DNA of 64,000 bases from Squalus acanthias. Its lineage: Eukaryota. Within the stretch, counting starts at the first letter, position 1, and every line of letters starts with the position of its first letter. The notes under the pieces were generated by a model. That model saw only the letters and a list, made by a program, of their open reading frames with translations. It did not search any database and was not told where the DNA came from. The translations under genes and the position numbers were made by a program. Positions 1-10,271 of this stretch are shown here, piece by piece. The stretch is from NCBI GenBank assembly GCA_030390025.1, contig JASTWF010000350.1, positions 186,001 to 250,000 of the forward strand. Direction: 5' to 3'.

Positions 1-1155
1 ACAGAAAACAGAGAGTAGGAATAAACGGGTCATCTTCAGGTTGGCAGGCTATAACTAGTGAGGTGCCGCAAGGATCATTGCTTGGGCCTCAGCTATTCAC
101 AATCTATATTAATGGCCTAGATGAAGGGACCGAGTGTAATGTATTAAAGTTTGCTGATGATACAAAGCTAGGTGGGAAAGTAAGCTGTGAGGAGGACACA
201 AAGAGGTTAAGTGAGTGGCAATAAGATGGCAGATGGAATATAGGGCTCGATTTTAATAGCCCTGAGGAGGCGGGATTGTTGGCGGATTGGCAGCGAAAAT
301 CGGAAAAATTGGCTTCAGACACCCAACCCGCCCCCACGCAATTTTCGTGAGTGTCTGTTCAGCCGCTCCCAAACTGACCCGACTGGAACCAGTGGGACAG
401 GTAGTTAAGGCAGTTAAGAGCCTGTTAACTGCCTTGCTAATCCTATTTTTTATAGTGGTTTCCCATTTTCGTGCTTCTAGCTTCTGTTTCCCGTCTTGTC
501 AGAAACAGGCCAGCTGCAAGGAGACGAGTTTCTCGAGGACACGATTTGTAGTCATTGATGCAGCACTTTAAAAGCGCTCCTGTAACATGGCTGACATTCA
601 AATGCAACAACTTTGTTGTTGGAGGTTTGGGATAAGATTTTGCAAATCTACTGACCTTGTGACTGTTCAAGCTGACACCCATCTGCAGTGTTACCTGATT
701 GGAATAATTTCAGGCCACTTTGAGTGTGCGCTTGCGAGCTTCTTGCCTCAACTGAAATCTATAGCAACGGGATGGGAACCATTTACATCCTCTCATCCTG
801 GTCATCAGATTCGGAGGATGAACAGCCGCGGCAGCACCACAACCAGCCACAACAGCAGCACCAGCACCAGGAGTGCCAACCTCCTCCTCACCCACCTGAT
901 GATGCACTGGACACAGGGCATCAGCCCCTGACAAAATTGCTGGCCGGGAGGCCAGCGATGGCATCACCATGGCCACATTTTCTTCTCTCGATGCTGTAAA
1001 CCCTGGCTGCCACATGATACACCAGGTTGACACCATCCCATACCAGCACCGTGAAGCATCCCTTTAATGTCCAAGCCATTCCATGCACACACATCACTAT
1101 AGCGGGGTGGGGTTATGACTGAATAATCACTGGAACTCAGTAAGACACTTCTCAA

Positions 1156-1814
1156 ATAACAACAGAGAACGCTGGAAAAACTCAGCAGGCGAGGCGTTCA
1201 GTCCGTAAGGGGGACCCCGAGCTCCCGGTGGCCTGTCACTTTAATTCACCGCTTCACTCCCACTCTGACCTCACCGTCCTCGGCCTAATACACTGTTCCA
1301 CGGAAGCGCAACGTAAGCTCGAGGAACAGCACCTCATCTTTCGTTTAGGCACGCTACAGCCCTCTGGACTCAATATCGAGTTCAACAATTTTAGATCATA
1401 ACCTTAGCCCCATCACATTTATATTTTATTTTCTCATCCACCCTTTTATTTGCCTCCCCCCCTTTTTTTTTTCCTCCTAGAAGCTGGCAGCTGTCCTTCA
1501 TTCTGCCATTGCATTTCACACTTCTTTCAGCCTTAACCTGTCACATTAACACCACCTCTTGCCTTGAATATCTCTTAATGTCTCTTAATGTCTCTTAATC
1601 TCTCCTTTTGTTCTTTTATCCCCTCCCCTTTTCCCAGCTTTATCCTTGCTTTAAATCTATTTGATTTCCTGCTGTCTCCAGTTCTGATGAAAGGTCTTCG
1701 ACCTGAAACGTTAACTCTGTTTGTCTCTCCACGGATGCTGCCTCGCCTGCTGAGTTTTTCCAGCGTTTTCTGTTGTTATTTCGGATTTCCAGCATCTGCA
1801 GTATTTTGCTATCA
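1156..1814 (+). mobile_element. 5'-truncated Penelope-like retroelement: GIY-YIG C-terminus, 3' repeat with hammerhead motif, and inverted 5' copy
   Basis: About 1198-1401 translates SVRKGDPELPVACHFNSPLHSHSDLTVLGLIHCSTEAQRKLEEQHLIFRLGTLQPSGLNIEFNNFRS*. About 1154-1195 is the reverse complement of about 1740-1781. 15 bp TSD TAAGACACTTCTCAA at 1141-1155 and 1815-1829. Confidence 0.9.
1680..1716 (+). ncRNA. Minimal type I hammerhead ribozyme motif in the Penelope-like 3' repeat
   Basis: AGTT-CTGATGA-A-AGGTC(TTC)GACCT-GAAACGTT-AACT: catalytic core CUGAUGA/GAAA, helix II hairpin, palindromic helix III (AACGTT) and helix I AGTT/AACT. Confidence 0.75.
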
Positions 1815-3127
1815 TAAGACACTTCTCAATGTGCGCTCAGATCTGTCCAATAAGGGGCACTTTTTGGAAAAAGATATTTCACTGTATGACAACACATTAC
1901 CAGAAACTTCACATAGACATTGGCTAAACCTCTCAAGTGCCTACCCTTGTGTGTTGTTAGTTGGTATGCTTGCAGTAGGATGAGGGTGAGTGTGAGAGGT
2001 GGCTAGTGAGATGGGGAAGTGATAAAGTAGATTGAGAGAGTTGGGTGGAGCTTCAAGGTAAATTGGTGTCCTGGGGAGGTCTCTTCTGCCCTTGGAAGGG
2101 AAGAGAACCTCCCTGCATGCTGTGACTCCCTCCTTAAGCATATGGAAGGAGTCACTGGAGAGCCTGGGTGCAAATGTTCACCTTTATGCAGTGATTGTCA
2201 GTGTTTGCAGCACCTCAATGCTGTCGAACAGTGACAGATCAACTGTCAAAATAAAATTGTGCATGGTCCCTTTAAGGAAACCAGCAGATGACGTGTCATC
2301 AAATGACGTCATCAGACCCGCTTCCTGTTAATTGGCCGGTAAGCCCGCAGGGTGGGCTTAACAAGGTCAATCAATGGAAAATCACGTCTGCAGAGTGGAG
2401 GCAGCTGGGGGCGGGACCGGAACCCGGAAACCAGCTGACCCGGTCCCATCCCGCCTCTAGAATTAAATTCATGGCCATAATGTGGGGAAATGTAAGGTTA
2501 TTCACTTTGGTAGGAAGAATAGAAAAACAGAATGTTTTTTAAATGTTGAGAAACTATTAAATGTTGGTGTTTAGAGAGATTTAGGTGTCTTCATACAGGA
2601 AACACAAAGGGCTCGATTTTGCCAGGCCCGAGGAGGCGGGAATGGAGGCATGTGAGTTGTAAAAATTGCTAAAAATGGCGGGCGGCTCTGATCCCACCTC
2701 CAAGCAATTTTCCCACATTCGTGGTTTCAGACCCCGTTTCCATCCCGCTTTCAAGAGGCGGGATAGGCCCTTACGGCCTTTAACTACCAGTTAATTGCCT
2801 CTATAATCCCAGTTTGAGAGGCCTTTCTGAATTTAAGACATTTCCCCCGTGCTGCACGTCTCCTCTGGAACATGCCAGTTAATCCTGGCGGCCTCACATG
2901 TGGACGGCTTACTAACAGCTGCAGCTCCACCATTAAAAAGGACTTTTCGCCAATGATCATTTGCAGGTGGCAGAACTTTGTTGTCTCAGGTCTGGGGGAA
3001 CTTTTAGCAGGCCTACTCATTGTTGTGCAAGTTTGGAGCCTGACACCCATCTCCAGTGTGACCTCCTGGTAAACCCCTCTCCCCACATTGACTGAGCGCT
3101 TCCTCAACTGAGGTATATACCAGAAGC

Positions 3128-3402
3128 ATGGGAACCATTTATTTCCTTTCCTCCTGGACATCAGATTCAGATGAAGACCAGCCGCGGCAGCAGCAGAACC
3201 CTGAACAACAGCAGCACCAACAGCAGGAGCAACAACAGGAGCTCCAAACTGCTGCTCACCCACCTGAAGCTGCACAGGCCAGAAGGCACCAGCGCATGGA
3301 AGCACGTCGGCGCAGGAGATACCCCCAAAACAGGGTCTACAGACAGAGGATCAGCTACCTCAACATGACTGAGCAGCAGTGCCAAAGGAGGCTCAGACTT
3401 TC
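3128..3402 (+). pseudogene. Harbinger (HARBI1-like) transposase, N-terminal fragment
   Basis: MGTIYFLSSWTSDSDEDQPRQQQ...[30 protein letters not shown], collinear with ORF 43962..44591, then truncated by a deletion. Confidence 0.88.
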
Positions 3403-5276
3403 TTGCTGCTCCTGCCTCGACACCTTTGGCAGGCGTCCTCTGGGGTTGCAAGCCTGTGAGGGCTCGGCAACAGTCTGCTGCTCCTGCGGCTGTGCAGGGG
3501 CTGAGACGACCATCTCAGTTGGGTGAGGACTCTGGTGAGGCTCTGACCGAGGGCTTTGCAGTGGCATGGTCGTGTGAGCGCTTGGAGAGGAGCCCCCACT
3601 TCCTTGTTCTCTGCCACCAACATCCCTCTCATGGGTCAGCCCCACTTCAGAGCTAGCAAGTGGCTTGACAGCACCTTGCTGCACTCAGGGGGGCCATGAG
3701 GATCCGTTTCTGCACTGGAAGTCCTACTCCAGAGGACTTCCATGAAGGTCTGGTTTCTATGCTCAATAGCTGACCATCGCTCCTCAAGAGATGTCATTCT
3801 ATTCTGAACAATCACCATGTTTTCAATACCCTGGCGACTAAGCTCCTCCATAGCCATAGCCATCCTCTCCTCTACGGTAGCCATCCTTTCCACGGAGGTT
3901 GCCATCCTTTCCGTGGTGATGCGTTCATGTGCCAATGCCTCCACAAAGGCTCTGCTCATGTTCGCGATGGACTCCTCCATTCGCTCGACACTTGCAGTGA
4001 CCCTGCAGACAAAACCTGCCAGAGACTCCTGCACCTGTTCCTGGAGTGCCAGCACCGCTCTCCTTCTGGATGAACCCGGAGGCACAGGGTCGACATGCAG
4101 CTGAGCTGAGCTGGGAGAGTCCTACGCCCTCCGACGAGGACTCTCCACTGCTGTCCCTGTCTCCACCATCTGCTGATACACACTTGTGATCTGTGATACA
4201 CCAGGTGACAACACTACTCTATCTCGCGAAGGTCCCACCGAGGTGTGAGTGTCTGTGCTGGTGCTGGGTGCGCTGAATTCTGCTGATGCTGTGCCCTCAG
4301 AGGTTACAGCTTCCTCTGAGGAGTCTTCAGGCTCAGGCTGCTCCTCCTGGACAGTGGGGACGGGGGCTCTCGATGGTCCTGTGGAGGAGTAAAGGAAAGA
4401 GTTAGAGATGTGAGATAAAGGTTGCATGCACATTGAATTGTGCAGATGATCATAACTCAATCTGTTAGAGTATCAGAATCATTATCAGTCACTCATGCAA
4501 TGTCAATGAGAGAGATGCAAACTATTCTGTCACCAGCTTGCTGTGATGCGCCCGTCTGTCCGTCGCCCACTTGCGCTTCGTCCTGCACTCCCACGATCTC
4601 CAGGGCCGCCTGCTGTGCATTGGTGAGCTGGGCTATTGAGGGTGGCCCTCCTCCTGTCCTCGCTCCTTCCCTCTTATTGTGGGCTCTCTTTTCCTGCAAT
4701 GAGAGACACAAGTGGAGTTTGAGTGAGAATGAAGGAGTGAGTGTAGAGAATCCATAGCATAGATGCTTAGAAGGAGACAAAGATGGAGTGAGGTGCCAAG
4801 ACCAAGGGCCCTCCCTGTGTGTTGTAAGTTGTTGGCATAGCATCACAGTGATAGGGAGTGTGAGGGCTGCATAGTCGAATAGTTCAGTGAATGTGAATAT
4901 AGAGAGAGAGGGAATGGGTAAGAGTGCAGGGATGTAAGGGTGAAGTGGGATGTGCAGGAGGAGCTTGACAAAGCAGAGTGCTGGTGATGAGAAGCAATGG
5001 GGATCAGATTGAGGGTGATGGGAATGTAATACTCACTTTTCCTGTGCGGAGAAGGTCATGAAACCTCTTTCGGCATTGCAGCCAGGTTCTGCTGCACATA
5101 GAAATAGCATCGACCTCCTGTGCCACTTGCAGCCACACAGCTTTAGTCTGCTGTGGAGGCTTTTTCCTGCCTGAGGAAGGAAAGAGCACCTCCTTGTTTG
5201 CTCTTGCTCCCTCCACCAGAGCTTGGAGGGAGGCCTCATCGAATCTAGGTGCACACTTTGGTCTAGAGCTGGACAT
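3403..5276 (-). pseudogene. Harbinger Myb/SANT-like (NAIF1-like) DNA-binding protein gene, three exons (5276-5037, 4693-4534, 4378-about 3403), frameshifted in exon 3
   Basis: Exon 1 encodes APRFDEASLQALV..WLQVAQEV..RTWLQCRKRFHDL; exon 2 encodes EKRAHNKREGARTGGGPP. Canonical GT-AG boundaries join in frame (phase 0, then phase 1). Confidence 0.88.
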
Positions 5277-6601
5277 ACTTGCAGAAGGAATCACTCAGAA
5301 CAATGGTCACAAAGTTGAAAGGCTGAAAAAGAAGCAAGGCTGCTTGCAGGCCTTAAATACAGCAGCATTGATGACGTCATCGGAGGCGAGTTTCTGTATG
5401 AAAAGGCTCATTGGACCAGGGGTTCCCACATGCTGGAAATCAATTGCCCAATTAGGGCAAAATCGCACTTTTGTCCCACTTTACATCGGAGTTGGGATCC
5501 TGACACGACGACCACCTGACACGCCCCCAGCCCGCCTCCAATGACAAAATCCAGCCCAAAGAGTTAGCATGCAGGTACAACAAGCAATTAGGAAGGCAGA
5601 TGGCATGTCGGCCTTTATTGCAAAGGGGTTGGAGTATAAGAGTACGGAAGTCTTGTTACTATTTTACAGGGCTTGGGTGAGACCACACCTGGAGTACTGT
5701 GCACAGTTTTGGTCTCCTTATGTGAAGAAGGATATACTTGCCTTAGAGGCGGTGCAACGAAGGTTCACTAGATTGATCCCTGGGATGAGAGGGTTGTCCT
5801 ATGATGAGAGATTGTGTAGAATGGGCCTATACTCTCTGGAGTTTAGAAGAATGAGAGGTGATCTCATTGAAACATACAAGATTCTGAAGGGGATTGACAG
5901 GGTAGATGCTGAGAGGTTGTTTCCCCTGGCTGGAGTGTCTAGAACTAGGGCGCCTGTTGATCATGATCTTATTAAATGGCAGAGCAGGCTCGAGGGGCCG
6001 TACGGCCTACTCTTGCTCCTAATTCTTATGTTCTTATGTCAAGAACCGGTCCAGCTCCCTCTTGAAGGTGTGCAAAGGGTCAGCACCTACCGCACCAGCC
6101 GGCAATGTAATCCAGAGGCTCACTCTACTGTTTCTCCATATCTGGCCAGCTCCTAATTGCTGTGGCCCTAAATATCCAGGACCTTTTCCTTAGACGGGTG
6201 TGAGCCCAATAATAATGCTAGTTTCAAAAACCATGATGGTGCGCCTGTATGCACACATTCTTACCATGGACACCCTTTCTATAACCTGGTGTCTGTTTTG
6301 CTCTGTTGCCTATTCCCATACTCCTTCATGGTGCCTTCCTTATGGCAGGAGCAGGGCAAGAGGCTTGGAGCCAACTATTTAAACAGGGCTTCTGGGATTG
6401 AGGTGGCTGTTACTCCTCCCCTGGGGTGGGTGGCATTCTGTCCCTGTAGGTTCTCAATAGCTTTAGCAGTCACCTAGGGGGAGGGGTCAAATTCTATTGT
6501 TGTGCCACAGGCTGGTGAGTTAGCAACATCCATTGTGGAGATATCTGTTCCACTCCTCTTCATGGCTTCGGTGCCATGGTGCCTGTTGATCAATGTGAGA
6601 A

Positions 6602-7072
6602 CCAGATTGATTCCTGGGATGAGAGGGCTGTCCTATGATGAGATTGTGTAGAATGGGCCTATACTCTCTGGAGTTTAGAAGAATGAGAGGTGATCTCATT
6701 GAAACATACAAGATTCTGCAGGGGATTGACAGGATAGATGCTGAGAGGTTGTTTCCACTGGCTGGAGTGTCTAGAACTGGGGAGCATAGTCTCAGGATAA
6801 GGGGTAGGCCATTTAAGACCGAGATGAGGAGGAATTTCTTCACACAGAGGGTTGTGAATCTTTGGAATTCTCTGTCCCAGATCGCTGTGGATGCTGAGTC
6901 TTTGAGTATATTCAAGGCTGAGATAGATAGATTTTTGGACTCTAGGGGAATCAAGGGTTATGGAGATCGGGCGGGAAAGTGACGTTGAGGTCGATGATCA
7001 GCCATGATCTTATTGAGTGGCGGAGCAGGCTCGAGGGGCCATATGGCCGACTCCTGCTCCTATTTCTTATGT
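6602..7072 (+). mobile_element. CR1 LINE 3' end
   Basis: ORF 6635..6982 (RRMRGDLIETYKIL..RRNFFTQRVVNLWNSL) followed by the CR1 3' UTR GGCCGACTCCTGCTCCTATTTCTTATG. Confidence 0.92.
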
Positions 7073-7207
7073 CCTTAGACTCGATCCTACTGCAGAGGTG
7101 ACACTAGTGAAGCCCGAAACCTTGTCCCTCCTCATTTGTCCAAGTTCACCTGTGAGCGTGTCCATGGAGGAGAGTCGCTGCAGGCCAATGCTTGAATTGT
7201 GACAGTC

Positions 7208-7295
7208 ATAGAAACGTAGGAGCATTAGGAACAGGAGTAGACCATTCAGCCCCTTGAGCTTGTTCCACCATTCAATTAGATCATGGCTGACCTGA
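7208..7295 (-). mobile_element. CR1 3' UTR fragment
   Basis: Reverse complement of the CAGCCATGATCTAATTGAATGGTGGAACAAGCTCAAGGGGCTGAATGG tail seen in the other copies. Confidence 0.8.
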
Positions 7296-7359
7296 TGCTT
7301 CCCCCAGCTCCAGTTGCAATTAGATTCCTTCAATTTGTGCTGCTTTCTCCTGGAAGATA

Positions 7360-9262
7360 CAGAATCATAGAATCATAGAACAGTTACAGCACAGAAGGAG
7401 GCCATTCAGCCCGTTGAGCCTGTGCTGGCTCTGTGCAAGAGCACTTCAGCTAGTCCCACTGCCCTGCCCTTTCCCCAGAGCCCTGTAAAAAATTTCCTTC
7501 AGGTACTTATCCAATTCCCTTTTGAAATCCATGATTTAATCTGCCTCCACCACCTTTCCAGCAGTGCATTCCAGATCCTAACCACTCGCTGCGTAAAAAA
7601 GTTTTTCCTCATGTCACCTTTGTTTTTTTTACCAATCACCTTGAATCTGTGTCCTCTGTTCTCGACCCTTCCGCCAATGGGAACAGTTTCTTTCTATCTA
7701 CTCTGTCTAGACCTATCATGATTTTGAACACCTCTATCAAATCTTCTCTCAACCTTCTCTGCTCCGAAGAGAACAACCCCAGCTTCTCCAGTCTATCCAC
7801 GTAACTGAAGTCCCTCATCCTTGGAATCATTCTCGTAAATATTTTCTGCACCCTCTCTAAGGCCTTCACATCCTTCCTAAAGTGCGGGGCCCAGAATTGG
7901 ACACAATATTCCAGTTGAGGCCGAACCAGTGTTTTATAAAGGTTCATCATAACTTCCTTGCTTTTGTACTCAATGCCTCGATTTATGAAGCCCTGCTCTC
8001 TCAACCTGCCCTGCCACCTTCAATGATTTGTGCACATATACCCCCAGGTCTCTCTGTTCATGCATCCCCTTTAGGATTGTACCCTTTAGTTTATATTGCC
8101 TCTCCTCATTCTTCCTACCAAAATGTATCACTTTGCAATTTTCTGCGTTAAATTTCATCTGCCACGTGTCCGTCCACTTCACCAGCCTGTCTATATCCTC
8201 TTGAAGTCTATCACTATCCTCCTCACTGTTCTCTATACTTCCAAGTTTTGTGTCATCTGCAAATTTTGAAATTGTACCCTGCACACCCAAGTCCAAGTCC
8301 AAGTCATTAATACATATCAAGAAAAGCAATGGTCCTAGTACCAACCTCTGGGGAACACCACTGTATACCTTCCTCCAGTCCGAAAAACAACCGTTCCCCA
8401 CTACTCTCTATTTCCTGTCACTTTCGTATCCTTGCTGCCACTGTCCCTTTTATTCCATGGGCTTCAACTTTGCTGGCAAGCCTATTATGTGGCACTTTAT
8501 CAAACGCCTTTTGGAAGTCCATGTACACTACATCAACCGCATTGCCCTCATCAACCCTCTCTGTTACCTCATCAAAAAGCTCGATCATAAGAACATAAGA
8601 AATAGGAGCAGGAGTAGGCCATTTGGCCCTTGGAGCCTGCTCTACCATTCAACAAGATCAGGCTGATCTTCTGCCTCAACTCCACCTTTCCGCACTATCC
8701 ACATATCCCTTAATTCCCCAAAATTTATCGACCTCTGTCTTGAATATCCTCAATGACTGAGCATTCACAGCTCTCTGGGGTAGAGAATTCTAAAGATTCA
8801 CAACCCTTTGAGTGAAGAAATTTCTCCTCATCTCAGTCCTAAATGTCCGACCCCTTATTCTGAGACTGTGACACTGTGTTCTAGATTCCCCAGCCAGGGG
8901 AAATATTTTCTCAGCATTAACCCTTAAGAATTTTACATTTTTCAATTAGATCGCCTCTCATTCAAGTTAGTTAAACACAATTTGCCTTTAACAAATCCAT
9001 GCTGGTTTTCCTTAATTAATCCACACTTGTCCAAGTCATTGTTAATTTTGTCTCTGATTATCATTTCTAAAAGCTTCCCCACTACCGAGGTTAAACTGAT
9101 TGGCCTGTAGTTGCTGGGTTTATCCTTACACCATTTTTTGAACAAGGGTGTAACATTTGCAATTCTCCAGTCCTCTGGCACCACTCCTGTATCTAAGGAG
9201 GATTGGAAGATTATGACCAGTACCTCCGCGATTTCCACCTTAACTTCCTTCAGCATCCTAGG
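7360..9262 (-). mobile_element. Degenerate CR1 LINE ORF2 (RT) with (ATTCTATG)n tail, interrupted at about 8587-8961
   Basis: ORFs 8942..9256 (VPEDWRIANVTPLFKK), 8418..8648 (YMDFQKAFDKVPH), 7970..8401 (KFADDTKL) and 7636..8004; AGAATCATAGAATCATAGAA tail at 7361. Confidence 0.93.
8587..8961 (-). mobile_element. CR1 3' end nested in the preceding CR1
   Basis: Begins with the TAAGAACATAAGAAATAGGAGCAGG tail; the host RT sequence (CTCGATCA / AGTTAGTTAAAC) resumes after it. Confidence 0.85.
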
Positions 9263-9454
9263 AAGCAGACACGTGTTTAGCGCCAGATAACAAGCCCAAG
9301 GAGAACTCTGAGGAGAAAGATGTAGATCATACAGATGTGGAGGCAGAATAGACCAGTGAGCATATTTGTATTGGAGGAAGAAGTAGTGTGCAAGGATGGC
9401 AGTGAAGAGTGAAGCTTGGAAGGTATGTAGATCTGTGCTAAAGAGAGAGTTTGT

Positions 9455-9707
9455 TTATCTCGGTAACCATCTCCAGTCCTACAACCCTCCGAGATCTCTG
9501 CGCTTCATCCATTCTGGTCTCTTGCGCATCCCCGATTTTCATTGCTCCACTAATGGCGATCGTGCCTTCAGCTGCCTAGGCCTTAAGCTCTGGAATTGCC
9601 TCCCTAAATCTCCCCACCTCTCTTTCATCCTTTACGTTGCTCCTTAAAATCTACTTTTTTGACAAAGCTTTTGGTCACCTATCCTAATATCTCTTTATGT
9701 GGCTCAT
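9455..9707 (+). mobile_element. L2-type LINE 3' end fragment
   Basis: YLGNHLQSYNPPRSLR..SGLLRIP..GDRAFSCLG..LWN; same family as 13988-14345 and 29532-29930. Confidence 0.8.
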
Positions 9708-10271
9708 CGAATCATAGAATGATACAGCATTGAAAGAGGCCATTCGGCCCATCGTGTCTTTGAAAGAGCTATCCAATTAGTCCCACTCCCCTGCTCTTTC
9801 CCCATAGCCCTGCAAATTTTCCCACTTCAAGTATTTATCCAATTCCCTATTGAAAGTTATTATTGAATCTGATTCAGGCAGTGCATTCCATATCATGACA
9901 ACTCGCTGCGTAATTTTTTTTTCCTCATGTCACCTCTTTTATTTTGCCAATCTATGTTGTCTGGTTACCGACTCTTCTGCCATTGGAAACAGTTCCTCCT
10001 TATTTACTCTATCAAAACCATTCATGATTTTGAACACCTCTATCAAATCTCCTCTTAACCTTCTCTGCTCTAAGGAGAGCGATCCCAGCTTCTCCAGTCT
10101 CTCCACATAACTGAAGTCCCTCATCCTTGGAACCATTCCAGTAAATCTCCTCTGCACCCTCTCCAAGGCCTTGACATCCTTCCTAAAGTCTGGTGCTCAG
10201 AATTGAACACAATACTCCAGCTGGGACCGAACCAGAATTTTATAAAGGTTCACCATAACTTCCTTGCTTTT

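Larger units (their letters stand above)
243..2476 (+). mobile_element. Internally deleted PIF/Harbinger DNA transposon (H1)
   Basis: Starts GGGCTCGATTTTAAT..GAGGCGGGA and ends with degenerate TCCCGCCTC..AATTAAATTCATGGCC. 3 bp TSD ATA (240-242, 2477-2479). 773-930 encodes a transposase N-terminus (MGTIYILSSWSSDSEDEQPRQ) matching 3128 and 43962; the catalytic core is deleted. Myb-exon remnant near 2040-2170 on the minus strand. Confidence 0.88.
2609..5557 (+). mobile_element. PIF/Harbinger transposon (H2) with about 1.3 kb central deletion
   Basis: TIRs GGGCTCGATTTTGCCA..GAGGCGGG and CCCGCCTCC..GACAAAATCCAGCCC. TSD AAA (2606-2608, 5558-5560). Transposase 5' part on + and Myb/SANT gene on -. 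Confidence 0.92.
1..6038 (+). mobile_element. CR1 LINE (RT C-terminal half plus 3' UTR) in three pieces, 1-242, 2477-2608 and 5558-6038, split by two Harbinger insertions
   Basis: 1-242 encodes a [25 protein letters not shown] RT segment. The sequence resumes collinearly after each insert (GGAAT|ATA|ATGTGGGG and ACAC|AAA|GAGTTAGCATGCAGG). ORF 5569..6156 has VRPHLEYCAQFWSP and RRMRGDLIETYKIL. Confidence 0.93.
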
